Source: Mobula hypostoma
Lineage: Eukaryota
DNA: 64,000 nt
Assembly (NCBI RefSeq): GCF_963921235.1
Contig: NC_086108.1
Span: 97,590,001-97,654,000 of the forward strand
Reading direction: 5' to 3'
A program made the position numbers and the translations under genes. Below, in pieces: positions 36,920-49,085 of this stretch. The notes under the pieces are model-generated. The model did not search any database and was not told the origin of the DNA. It saw nothing but the letters and a program-made list of their open reading frames with translations. Within the stretch, counting starts at the first letter, position 1; each line of letters starts with the position of its first letter.

Positions 36920-39085
36920 TTAGTCCCACTGACCTGCACACGGACCATATCCCTCCATACACCTCCCATCCATGTATCTGTCCAATTTATTCTTAAATGT
37001 TAAAAAAGAACCTGCATTTACCACCTCATCTGGCAGCTCATTCCATACTCCCACCACTCTCTGTGTGAAGAAGCCCCCCCTAATGTTCCCTTTAAACTTT
37101 TCCCCCCTCACCCTTAACCCATGTCCTCTGGTTTTTCTCTCCCCTTGCCTCAGTGGAAAAAGCCTGCTTGCATTCACTCTATCTATACCCATCATAATTT
37201 TATATACCTCTATCAAATCTCCCCTCATTCTTCTACGCTCCAGGGAATAAAGTCCTCACCTATTCAACCTTTCTCTGTAACTGAGTTTCTCAAGTCCCAG
37301 CAACATCCTTGTAAACCTTCTCTGCACTCTTTTAACCTTATTTATATCCTTCCTGTAATTTGGTGACCAAAACTGAACACAATACTCCAGATTCGGCCTC
37401 ACCAATGCCTTATACAACCTCATCATAACATTCCAGCTCTTATACTCAATACTTTGATTAATAAAGGCCAATGTACCAAAAGCTCTCTTTATGACCCTAT
37501 CTACCTGTGACGCTACTTTTAGGGAAATTTGTATCTGTATACCCAGATCCCTCTGTTCCACTGCACTCCTCAGTGCCTTACCATTAACCCTGTACGTTCT
37601 ACCTTGGTTTGTCCTTCCAATGTGCAATACCTCACACTTGTCTGTATTAAACTCCATCTGCCATTTTTCAGCCCATTTTTCCAGCTGGTCCACATCCCTT
37701 TGCAGGCTCTGAAAACCTTCCTCACTGTCTACTACGATCTTTGTATCATCAGCAAATTTGCTGATCCAATTTACCACATTATCATCCAGATCATTGGTAT
37801 AGATGACAAATAACAATGGACCCAGCACTGAACCCTGTGGCACACCACTAGTCACAGGCCTCCACTCGGAGAAGCAATTCTCTACTACCACTTTTTGGCT
37901 TCTTCCATTGAGCCAATGTCTAATCCAATTTACCACCTCTCCATGTATACCTAGTGACTGAAATTTCCTAACGAACCTCCCATGCGGGACCTTGACAAAG
38001 GCCTTACTGAAGTCCATGTAGACAATATCCACTGCCTTCCCTTGATCCACTTTCCTGGTAACCTCCTCGAAAAACTCCAATAGATTGGTCAAACATGAAC
38101 TACCACGCACAAAGCCACGTTGACTCTCCCTAATAAGTCCCTGTCTCTCCAATTGCTTGTAGATTCTGTCTCTTAGTACTCCCTCCAATAACTTACCTAC
38201 TACTGATGTTAAACTTACTGGCCTATAATTTCCTGGATTACTTTTCGATCCTTTTTTAAACAACGGAACAACATGAGCCACTCTCCAATCCTCCGGCACC
38301 TCACCTGTAGACAGCGATATTTTAAATATTTCTACCAGGGCCCCTGCAATTTCAACACTAGTCTCCTTCAAGGTCCAAGGGAACACCCTGTCAGGTCCTG
38401 CGGATTTATCCACTTTAATTTTCCTCAAGACAGCAAGGACCTCCTCCTTTTCGATCTGTACAGTTTCCATGATCTCACTACTTGTTTCCCTTAATTCCAC
38501 AGACTTCATGCCAGTTTCCTTAGTAAATACAGACGTAAAAAACCTATTTAAGATCTCCCCCATTTCCTTTGGTTCCACACATAGCCGACCACTCTGATCT
38601 TCAAGAGGACCAATTTTATCCCTTAAAATCCTTTTGCTCTTAATATACCTGTAAAAGCTCTTTGGATTATCCTTCAGTTTGACTGCCAAGGCAACCTCAT
38701 GTCTTCTTTTAGCCCTCCTGATTTCTTTCTTAAGTATTTTCTTGCACTACTTATACTCCTCAAGCACCTTATTTACTCCCTGCTTCCTATACATGTCATA
38801 CAACTCCCTCTTCTTCTTTATCAGAGTTGAAATATCCCTTGAGAACCAAGGTTCCTTATTCCTATTCACTTTGCCTTTAATCCTGACAGGAACATGCACT
38901 CTCAAAATTTCTCCTTTGAAGGCTTCCCATCTACCGATCACATCTTTGCCAGAGAACAACCTGTCCCAATCCACGCTTTTTAGATCCTTTCTCATTTCTT
39001 CAAATTTGGCCTTCTTCCAGTTAAGAATCTCAACCCTAGGACTAGATCTATCCTTGTCCATGATCAAGTTGAAACTAATGGTGTT
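36920..39085 (-). pseudogene. CR1 copy A ORF2, 3' part (reverse transcriptase); one frame with two in-frame stops
   Basis: ORFs 38747-39067, 37256-38689 and 36920-37228 share a frame; motifs [32 protein letters not shown]. Confidence 0.95.
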
Positions 39086-41883
39086 TGTGTGTCAATGCAA
39101 GGAGCATTCGTAATAAGGTGGATGAATTGAAAGTGCAGATTGTTATTAATGATTATGATATAGTTGGGATCACAGAGACATGGCTCCAGGGTGACCAGGG
39201 ATGGGAGCTCAACGTTCAGGGATATTCAATATTCAGGAGGGATAGACATGAAGGAAGGGGAGGTGGGGTGGCGTTGCTGGTTAAAGAAGAGATTAACGCA
39301 ATAGAAAGGAAGGACATAAGCCGGGAAGATGTGGAATCGATATAGGTAGAGCTGCGTAACACTAAGGGGCAGAAGACGCTTGTAGGAGTTGTGTACAGGC
39401 CACCTAACAGTAGTAGTGAGGTCGGAGATGGTATTAAACAGGAAATTAGAAATGTGTGCAATAAAAGAACAGCAGTTATAATGGGTGACTTCAATCTACA
39501 TGTAGATTGGCTGAACCAAATTGGTAAAGGTGCTGAGGAAGAGGATTTCTTGGAATGTATGCGGGATGGTTTTTTGAACCAACATGTGGTGGAACCAACC
39601 AGAGAGCAGGCTATTCTGGACTGGGTTTTATGCAATGAGGAAGGATTAATTAGCAATCTTGTCGTGAGAGGCCCCTTGGGTAAGAGTGACCATAATATGG
39701 TGGAATTCTTCATTAAGATGGAGAGTGACATAGTTAATTCAGAAACAAAGGTTCTGAACTTAAAGAGGGGTAACTTTGAAGGTATGAGACGTGAATTAGC
39801 TAAGATAGACTGGCAAATGACACTTAAAGGATTGACGGTGGATAAGCAATGGCAAGCATTTAAAGGTTGCATGGATGAACTACAACAATTGTTCATCCCA
39901 GTTTGGCAAAAGAATAAATCAAGGAAGGTAGTGCACCCGTGGCTGACAAGAGAAATTAGGGATAGTATCAATTCCAAAGATGAAGCATACAAATTAGCCA
40001 GAGAAAGTGGCTCACCTGAGGACTGGGAGAAACTCAGAGTTCAGGAGAGGAGGACAAAGGGCTTAATTAGGAAGGGGAAAAAAGATTATGAGAGAAAACT
40101 GGCAGGGAACATAAAAACGGACTGTAAAAGCTTTTATAGATATGTAAAAAGGAAAAGACTGGTAAAGACAAATGTAGGTCCCCTGCAGACAGAAACAGGT
40201 GAATTGATTATGGGGAGCAAGGACATGGCAGACCAATTGAATAATTACTTTGATTCTGTCTTCACTAAGGAGGACATAAATAATCTTCCAGAAATAGTAG
40301 GGGACAGAGGGTCCGGTGAGATGGAGGAACTGAGCGAAATACATGTTAGTAGGGAAGTGGTGTTAAGTAAATTGAAGGGATTGAAGGCAGATAAATCCCC
40401 AGGGCCAGATGGTCTGCATCCTAGAGTGCTTAAGGAAGTAGCCCAAGAAATAGTGGATGCATTAGTGATAATTTTTCAAAACTCATTAGATTCTGGACTA
40501 GTTCCTGAGGATTGGAGAGTGGCTAATGTAACTCCATCTTTTAAAAAAGGAGGGAGAGAGAAACCGGGGAATTATAGACCGGTTAGCCTAACGTCGGTGG
40601 TAGGGAAACTGCTGGAATCAGTTATCAAAGATGTGATAACAGCACATTTGGAAAGCGGTGAAATGATCAGACAAAGTCAGCATGGATTTGTGAAAGGAAA
40701 ATCATGTCTGACGAATCTCATAGAATTTTTTGAGGATGTAACTAGTAGAGTGGATAAGGGAGAACCAGTGGATGTGGTATATTTGGATTTTCAAAAGGCT
40801 TTTGACAAGGTCCCACACAGGGGATTAGTGTGCAAACTTAAAGCACACGGTATTGGGGGTAAGGTATTGGTGCGGATGGAGAATTGGTTAGCAGACAGGA
40901 AGCAAAGAGTGGGAATAAACGGGACCTTTTCAGAATGGCAGACGGTGACTAGTGGGGTACCGCAAGGCTCAGTGCTGGGACCCCAGTTGTTTACAATATA
41001 TATTAATGACTTGGATGAGGGAATTAAATGCAGCATCTCCAAGTTTGCGGATGACACGAAGCTGGGTGGCAGTGTTAGCTGTGAGGAGGATGCTAAGAGG
41101 ATGCAGGGTGACTTGGATAGGTTGGGTGAGTGGGCAAATTCATGGCAGATGCAATTTAATGTGGATAAATGTGAAGTTATCCACTTTGGTGGCAAAAATA
41201 GGAAAACAGATTATTATCTGAATGGTGGCCGATTAGGAAAAGGGGAGGTGCAACGAGACCTGGGTGTCATTATACACCAGTCATTGAAAGTGGGCATGCA
41301 GGTACAGCAGGCAGTGAAAAAGGCGAATGGTATGCTGGCATTTATAGTGAGAGGATTCGAGTACAGGAGCAGGGAGGTACTACTGCAGTTGTACAAGGCC
41401 TTGGTGAGACCACACCTGGAGTATTGTGTGCAGTTTTGGTCCCCTAATCCGAGGAAAGACATCCTTGCCATAGAGGGAGTACAAAGAAGGTTCACCAGAT
41501 TGATTCCTGGGATGGCAGGACTTTCATATGAAGAAAGACTGGATGAACTGGGCTTGTACTCGTTGGAATTTAGAAGATTGAGGGGGGATCTGATTGAAAC
41601 ATATAAGATCCTAAAGGGATTGGACAGGCTAGATGCAGGAAGATTGTTCCCGATGTTGGGGAAGTCCAAAACGAGGGGCCACAGTTTGAGGATAAAGGGG
41701 AAGCCTTTTAGGACCGAGATTAGGAAAAACTTCTTCACACAGAGAGTGGTGAATCTGTGGAATTCTCTGCCACAGGAAACAGTTGAGGCCAGTTCATTGG
41801 CTATATTTAAGAGTGAGTTAGATATGGCCCTTGTGGCTACGGGGGTCAGGGGGTATGGAGGGAAGGCTGGGGCGGGGTTCTGA
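39085..41883 (+). pseudogene. CR1 copy B ORF2 (APE endonuclease + reverse transcriptase); single nonsense codon at 39343-39345
   Basis: ORFs 39085-39345 and 39391-41883 are in the same frame. Motifs [58 protein letters not shown]. Confidence 0.95.
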
Positions 41884-41981
41884 GTTGGATGATCAGCCAT
41901 GATCATAATAAATGGCGATGCAGGCTCGAAGGGCCGAATGGCCTATTCCTGCACCTATTTTCTATGTTTCTATGTTTCTAC
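39086..41981 (+). mobile_element. Young CR1 LINE copy B nested in copy A; 5'-truncated at the start of the endonuclease
   Basis: Opposite orientation to A; (TTTCTATG)n tail at 41959-41981; host sequence rejoins across the insertion by comparison with 53461-53500. Confidence 0.95.
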
Positions 41982-42731
41982 GTTATGATCACTGGAACCA
42001 AAGTGCTCCCCTACACAGACTTCCGTCACTTGTCCTAACTCGTTTCCTAACAGGAGATCCAATACTGCATCCCCTCTAGTTGGTCCCTCTATATATTGAT
42101 TTAGAAAACTTTCCTGAACACATTTTACAAACTCTAAACCATCTAGACCCCTAACAGTATGGGAGTCCCAATCAATATATGGAAAATTAAAATCCCCTAC
42201 CACCACAACTTTATGTTTCCTGCAGTTGCCTGCTATCTCTCTGCAGATTTGCTCTTCCAATTCTTGTTGACTATTGGGTGGTCTGTAATACAATCTCACT
42301 AATGTGGCCATACCTTTCCTGTTTCTCAGCTCCACCCATAAGGACTCAGTGGACAACCCCTCTAATCTGTCCTGCCTGAGCACTGCTGTAATATTTTCCC
42401 TAACAAGTAATGCTACTCCCCCACCTTTCATTCCTCTGCCTCGATCACATCGGAAACATCGGAACCCTGGAATATTAAGCTGCCAGTCCTGCCCCTCCTG
42501 TAGCCAAGTTTCACTAATTGCCATAACGTCATAATTCCACGTGCCAATCCACGCCTTCAATTTATCCGCCTTCCCCACAATACTCCTAGCATTGAAATTT
42601 ATACACCTCAGAAGATTTTTACCACCACTCACAACCTTTCTATTAGCGGATTTGCTTGAACTTTTAACATCATTTATCTTCACCCCAGCCACACTGTCAG
42701 CTCTGGCACTCTGGTTCCCATCCCCCTGCAA
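41982..42731 (-). pseudogene. CR1 copy A ORF2, 5' part (APE endonuclease)
   Basis: Motifs NARSI, ISETW, YYRPP, VGDFN, LDLLL, SSDHN, cut at the insertion point. Confidence 0.95.
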
Positions 42732-43874
42732 ATCTAGTTTAAAGCCTCCCCAACAGCACTAACAAACCTCCCTGAAAGGATATTGGTCCCCCTGTAGTTC
42801 AAGTGTAACCCTGGCGAATGGAGTATGACATGGGGAAATGTGAAAATGTCTATTTTGGCAAGGTGAAACATGCTGCCTAGATGTTGAGCTTTGAGATACA
42901 GAGAAGCTAGGGTGTCCTACTGCACGATTCACTAAAGGCTATTATGCAAGTAATTAGCAGAGCTCCCAGCACTACATTGTTCATTACGTGGAAAATTGAT
43001 TACAACATTCAGAGGACATGTTACAGTTGTTTAGGGTATCAATGAGAGTTCGGAGTTCAATTCTGGAGCTGTCTGGAAGCAGTTTGTACATTCCCTGTAT
43101 CCAGATCAACTTATGCCCTCATGAAGGGTCTCTGCACAAAACATCAACTGATTATTTCTCTCCATAGTTGCTGCCTGATCTGCTGTGAACCCCCAAGCAT
43201 CTTGTGTGTGTTACTCTAAATTTCCAGTATCTGCAGAATCTCTACTGTCTCCAAATTGTTATTTACTTTACTTTGATTTTTTTTTTGACAGCAATGCCAG
43301 TCATTTTGAAATGGTGCATCTGCATTCCACCCAGTCAAATATGTCAGGATGTTCCAGAGATGAAGTTTGGGGCATCATTGCGTAGTTCCAATCAACTCTC
43401 GGGAAAGAAGAGTCGACTCTGCATCTGGCCCAGGTGGTGGGAATAGGCAGCAATTCCAAGACATAGGCCAAATCCAAATCAATTCAGGCTTTTGGGTTGA
43501 TTGTCCAAGTGTGGTTTTGTCAGCAGGAACTTCAACTGGGGTCATATTTTGTTTTTTTTTTCCCGTGTAAATCAACTGCCTGAACTATACGAAGGAACAT
43601 TGTGGGTAAATTAATGCTCATCCCATTACCACAGAGTGCATGAATTCCATTGTGCTTTATGGAATTTTCCAGACCATTTGGAGGAGATTGAGTGGGTGGT
43701 GAGAAATAGGAGGACATGGCATGAACAGAACATGTGTAATATTGAAAATCTTTGCTCAAAATCCTTCAAACACTCTCATGATAGAATTATGCCTTTGATT
43801 GCTTATAAGTGTGTGATATTATACCAGCTTACCATTTTTTTCTCCAATTCCAAAATTTGACTCATTTACCTTCA

Positions 43875-44163
43875 ATAATAGGCATCCATTAGTCTCGTGA
43901 GACCATGGATTTGCGCCTTGGAAGGTTTCCAGGGCGCAGGTCTGGGCAAGGTTGTATGGAAGACCGGCAGTTGCCCATGCTGCAAGTCTCCCCTCTCCAC
44001 ACCACCGATGTTGTCCAAGGGACGGGCAGTAGGGCCGATACAGCTTGGCACCGGTGTCATCGCAGAACAATGTGTGGTTAAGTGCCTTGCTCAAGGACAC
44101 AACGCGCTGCCTCAGCCAAGGCTCGAACTAGCGACCTTCACATCACTAGACCAATGCCTTCAA
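43875..44163 (-). mobile_element. tRNA-derived SINE with a CORE-like block and an RTE-type 3' part
   Basis: Minus-strand B-box AGTTCGAGCC (44120-44129), then GTGTCCTTGAGCAAGGCACTTAACC; 3' part resembles the RTE-derived elements at 11770 and 25381. Confidence 0.6.
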
Positions 44164-44197
44164 TACGATGAAATTTTCAAGTAGTGTTCAATGTACA

Positions 44198-44420
44198 AGA
44201 TGCTGGAGGAGCCCAGCAGGTCAGGCAGCATCTGTGGAAGAGTAAACGGTTGACATTTCAGGCTGATACCCTTCTTCTGGACCAGTTCTGAAGAAGGGTT
44301 TTGGCCCGAAACGTCAACTGCTTACTCTTTTACATAGATGCTAACTGACTTGCAGAGTTCCTCCGGCATTTTGTATGTGTTGCTCTGGATTTCCAGCTTC
44401 TGCAGATTTTCTTGTGTTTC
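44198..44420. mobile_element. Penelope-type inverted repeat
   Basis: Arms ~44198-44282 and ~44284-44372 are imperfect reverse complements; same family as 5485-5690, 10920-11010, 13135-13245, 26630, 61830 and 63665. Confidence 0.65.
44283..44320 (+). ncRNA. Minimal type I hammerhead ribozyme candidate
   Basis: Stem I CAGTT/AACTG; core CTGAAGA; extra A; stem II GGG/CCC; GAAAC; GTC cleavage triplet. Confidence 0.65.
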
Positions 44421-45022
44421 GGATTTTCAACGTACAAGGCTTCCATGTTTTGCAAAATAACCAAGCACAAATTTTAACCTCAATTTTATAAAGTGCCTTT
44501 GTAATTCATTTTTATAGCTAGTAGGAGGTGAACTCTGTGTGAAGCAGCTCTAGTGATAGGAGAGGTAATGACTTGTGAGTCTATCACACTTGGAGTATCG
44601 CAGAATTTTGCTTTCAAAAAAGTTTGGGGTAACTTTAAATTGTTCTGTGTTTAGTGCATGAAGTTTGTCTGATAAATTACCCAGTAGGTGCTTATGTGTT
44701 TTGCTATATCCATGGCAGAGATGACATGGCTTGCATCTTAATTTGGAAGGAGCTAATTTCTGAGTGTGGTAACTACAATCACAGGCTTGTTGATATGCTT
44801 GTTCCACCTGGACTTGCTTGGAGTATTGTCAAAAAAGACTACAAATTGAAAACAGACTTGTATGTTTAATTAAGGTATGGGCACTGTAGTCTGATTAACT
44901 GGGAATTGAAATGATAAGGAGAATGGAATTCATTACATCAATATTAATGTAACAATTCTTTGACAACTGTATTTGGAGTGGACTAGTCCTTGTTTCTTTC
45001 CTCTTGGACCATAGCTGGAGCA

Positions 45023-45550
45023 TACATTTAGTGGCCACTTTATTAGGTACTGAGTGTGTGTTCATGGTATTCTGCTGCTGTAGCCCATTGCTTCAAGGTT
45101 CAACATGTTCTGCATTCAGGGATGCTTTTCTGCACACCACTGCTGTAGCATGTGATTGCTTGAGTTGCTGTCGTCTTCCTGTCAGCTTGAACCAGTCTGG
45201 CCATTCTCCTCTGACTTCGCTCATTAGCAAGGCATTTTTACTCAAAAAACTGCTGCTCACTGGATTTTTTTCAGTTTTTTTTTGCACTATTCTCTGTAAA
45301 TGCTAGAGACTGTCATGTGTGAAAATATCAGGAGATTAGCAGATTCTGAGATACTCAAACCACCTGCGGTCAAAGTCACTTAGATCACATTTCTTCCCCA
45401 TTCTGATGTTTGGTCTGAACAACAACGGAACCTCTTGACCATGTCTGCATGCTTTTATGCATTGAGTTGCTGCCACATGATTGGCTGAGTAGATATTTGT
45501 ATTAACGAGCAGCTGTGCAGGTGTATCTAATAAAGTGGGTGCTGAATGTA
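45023..45550 (-). mobile_element. Non-autonomous Tc1-like element, copy 6
   Basis: TIR ends; colinear with the other copies; lacks most of the second arm of the left palindrome. Confidence 0.85.
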
Positions 45551-46251
45551 AATGCCTAACTCCATTCTTCTTTTATCTCGCCCTCCATGTAAACTGCCCA
45601 AGTTCCATCGCTCCTTGCTTAAAACCAATAGCACTATTACCATTGATGTGGCCCCTGAGTTGGTGCACCCTTACCCAACCTGATCCCTCTCTGTCCAGTA
45701 GCAGAAGAACCCTGCACTGTGGCCCTTCTCCAGAAAGCCCTTGCGATAGCGGCACCAAGCTTCGATGTGTTCCTCAGCATGGACTCTTGCAGCCTGGAAT
45801 GTGCAAGTCATTAGCATTCCTCCATGGACAGTTCGATGTGCTGGCTGTCCAACAGGTTCTCAGGAGACCAGTGGGCATCTTCCCTCATCACTTGATGTCC
45901 ATCTGTTTGTGTGTTTTCCTAGAAACAGCCCCATGGATCAGAAAGTCCTCTGTTAGGATAAATTATGACACAAGCCCTTGCATCTTTCTTCACACCCTCT
46001 TCACAAACCCATAGTCTGCAAAGAGGTGAGTAAACATTTTGTCCCCAGTAGGGGGCAGCATGTGATGGGGTTTGATGTTTTACTTTTAATTATTTAGCAA
46101 TACAGAATGGTCTAGGTCCTTTTGAGTTACATCATCCCAGCAACCCTGACAAGCTCAATTAATCCTAACCTAATCATGGGACAATTTTCAATGACCAATT
46201 AATCTACTCGGTATGTCTTTAGATCATGGGAGAAAACCAGAGGACCTGGGG

Positions 46252-46458
46252 GAAACCATAGAAACATAGAAAACCTACAACACAATACAGACCCTTCAAC
46301 CCTCAAAGTTGTGCCAAACATGTCCCTACCTTAGAAATTACTAGGCTTACCCATAGCCCTCTATTTTTCTAAGCTCCATGTATCTATCCAAAAGTCTCTT
46401 AAAAGACCCTATTGTATCCACCTCCACCACCGTTGCCGGCAGCCCATTCCACGCACTC
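46252..46458 (-). mobile_element. Short CR1 3' end (same family as 55853-58140)
   Basis: Close match to 55853-56055; tail CATAGAAACATAGAAA. Confidence 0.85.
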
Positions 46459-47692
46459 TAACTAGTAGAGTGGATAAGGGAGAACCAGTGGATGTGGTAT
46501 ATTTGGATTTTCAAAAGGCTTTTGACAAGGTCCCACACAGGGGATTAGTGTGCAAACTTAAAGCACACGGTATTGGGGGTAAGGTATTGGTGTGGATGGA
46601 GAATTGGTTAGCAGACAGGAAGCAAAGAGTGGGAATAAACGGGACCTTTTCAGAATGGCAGACGGTGACTAGTGGGGTACCGCAAGGCTCAGTGCTGGGA
46701 CCCCAGTTGTTTACAATATATATTACTGACTTGGATGAGGGAATTAAATGCAGCATCTCCAAGTTTGCGGATGACACGGAGCTGGGTGGCAGTGTTAGCA
46801 GTGAGGAGGATGCTAAGAGGATGCAGGGTGACTTGGATAGGTTGGGTGAGTGGGCAAATTCATGGCAGATGCAATTTAATGTGGATAAATGTGAAGTTAT
46901 CCACTTTGGTGGCAAAAATAGGAAAACAGATTATTATCTGAATGGTGGCCGATTAGGAAAAGGGGAGGTGCAACGAGACCTGGGTGTCATTATACACCAG
47001 TCATTGAAAGTGGGCATGCAGGTACAGCAGGCGGTGAAAAAGGCGAATGGTATGCTGGCATTTATAGCGAGAGGATTCGAGTACAGGAGCAGGGAGGTAC
47101 TACTGCAGTTGTACAAGGCCTTGGTGAGACCACACCTGGAGTATTGTGTGCAGTTTTGGTCCCCTAATCTGAGGAAAGACATCTTTGCCATAGAGGGACT
47201 ACAAAGAAGGTTCACCAGATTGATTCCTGAGATGGCAGGACTTTCATATGAAGAAAGACTGGATGAACTGGGCTTGTACTCGTTGGAATTTAGAAGATTG
47301 AGGGGGGATCTGATTGAAACGTATAAGATCCTGAAGGGATTGGACAGGCTAGATGCAGGAAGATTGTTCCTGATGTTGGGGAAGTCCAGAACGAGGGGTC
47401 ACAGTTTGAGGATAGAGGGGAAGCCTTTTAGGACCGAGATTAGGAAAAACTTCTTCACACAGAGAGTGGTGAATCTGTGGAATTCTCTGCCACAGGAAAC
47501 AGTTGAGGCCAGTTCATTGGCTATATTTAAGAGGGAGTTAGATATGGCCCTTGTGGCTACGGGGATCAGGGGGTATGGAGGGAAGGCTGGGGCGGGGTTC
47601 TGAGTTGGATGATCAGCCATGATCATAATAAATGGCGGTGCAGGCTCAAAGGGCCGAATGGCCTACTCCTGCACCTATTTTCTATGTTTCTA
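46459..47692 (+). mobile_element. 5'-truncated CR1, sibling of copy B (open RT frame 46470-47603)
   Basis: Near-identical to 40739-41980; 14 amino-acid differences over 377 residues by hand comparison. Confidence 0.95.
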
Positions 47693-48594
47693 AACCAAGG
47701 ACGTGCCCTCTTCACAATGTTACCGTCGGGAAGGAGGTACAGAAGTCTGAAGGCACACCCTCAGTGATTCAGGAACAGCTTCTTCCCCTCTGATTTCTAA
47801 ATGGACATTGAACCCATGGACACTACCTCACTATTTTTATATTTCTATCATTCTGCACTACTTATTTAAACCTAACTATTTATTAGACATGTACATACTT
47901 GATATAACTCAGGTTTTCTTCTCCATATTTATTTATCATGTATTTCTTGGTACTGCTGTCGTAAAGTTAACAAATTTCACAACATATGCTGGTGATATTA
48001 AATCTGATTCAAGTGCAGTGACACCTGCTACAGAAAACTAATGTGTCTGGAAAACTACGGAATCAACAGTACTGTAATTACTGGAAAATTCACTGAGCAA
48101 TTACATTGCATATAGGTGATTATATGAAGTGCAAACAAGCCCAGGAAAGTTAAACTACAAAGGAAATACAAGAAAAGTTAAATTCTGCACTCTAATCTGA
48201 CAGTGCCAGGTTGTTATTCTGCCTTGGTACCATTGACCCACATCCAGACCATGGCCCTCTGTATGCCTCCCACCCATATTCCTATTCACGCTTCTCTTAA
48301 ATGCTGCAGTCAAACCCAAATCCTCCACTTCCACTTTGGGTCCTTTCCACACTTGCACCAACCAATAAGTGAAGAAGTTTCCCCTCATACCCCACTTAAA
48401 CATTTCACCTTTCACTCTTGTCTTATGACCTCTCTTGGCTTCTTATAGAGACCATCTGATGGCCTGCATCAGCCATTTCCATCTCTTCTCCAAGCCAATA
48501 GGACCAAATTCCTAAATGTGCACCTTTCTTTACTTCCCCATCTCTCTTCACGCCATATCTGACTTGGCTCACCGCTTCCTTATATCAGAGAGAC

Positions 48595-49085
48595 TGGAAT
48601 TTTGCAGATGACATCAGAATTGCTGGTTTAGTGGATAATGAAGAAAATTGTTTAAGGTTACAACAGAATCTAGATCCACCAGCAAAGTGGACCAAGGAAT
48701 GGCAGATGGAAATTAACTCAGACAAGTGTGAAATGATTCTTTTTTGGGAAGTTAAACTAGGCCAGGACAGACACGGTGATTGGCAGGGTCTTGGGAGTAT
48801 TGTTGACAGAGAGGCCGAGGGTTGTGGGTACTGTACGTATTCCCTGAAAGTGGCAACACAGGTAGACAGAGTGCTGAAGGCATACGGTATTCATGTCTTC
48901 ACTGACTGCAGCATTGAATGCCAGCGTTGGGACGTCACGTTACTGTTGTCCCCATTGGTTAGGCCGCATCTGGAGTTTTGCAAGCTGTTTTGCTCTCGTA
49001 CTTCGGGGAAGATGAAGTTACAAAAGGCACAGAAAAGATTCATAAGGTTATAGCTTGGATTTGAAGGCTTGAGTTATAAAGAGGG
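48595..49085 (+). mobile_element. Degenerate CR1 RT fragment
   Basis: Translation FADDIRI..DNEENCLRLQQNLD..KWTKEWQMEINSDKCE..LVRPHLEFC. Confidence 0.8.

Larger units (their letters stand above)
36842..42811 (-). mobile_element. CR1 LINE copy A (5'-truncated in the end of ORF1), split by a nested CR1 at 39086-41981
   Basis: Colinear and highly similar to 51228-54303; tail (TTTCTATGG)n; similarity ends at AAGTGTAACCC (42811). Confidence 0.95.

Noticed and set aside
39216..39992. 258-aa minus-strand ORF (also 40791-41195, 41214-41906 and similar)
   Set aside because: Antisense shadows of CR1 ORF2.
45535..46035. 159-aa ORF followed by a donor-like GAGGTGAGT
   Set aside because: Starts inside a Tc1 TIR, non-AUG start, no domain similarity recognised.
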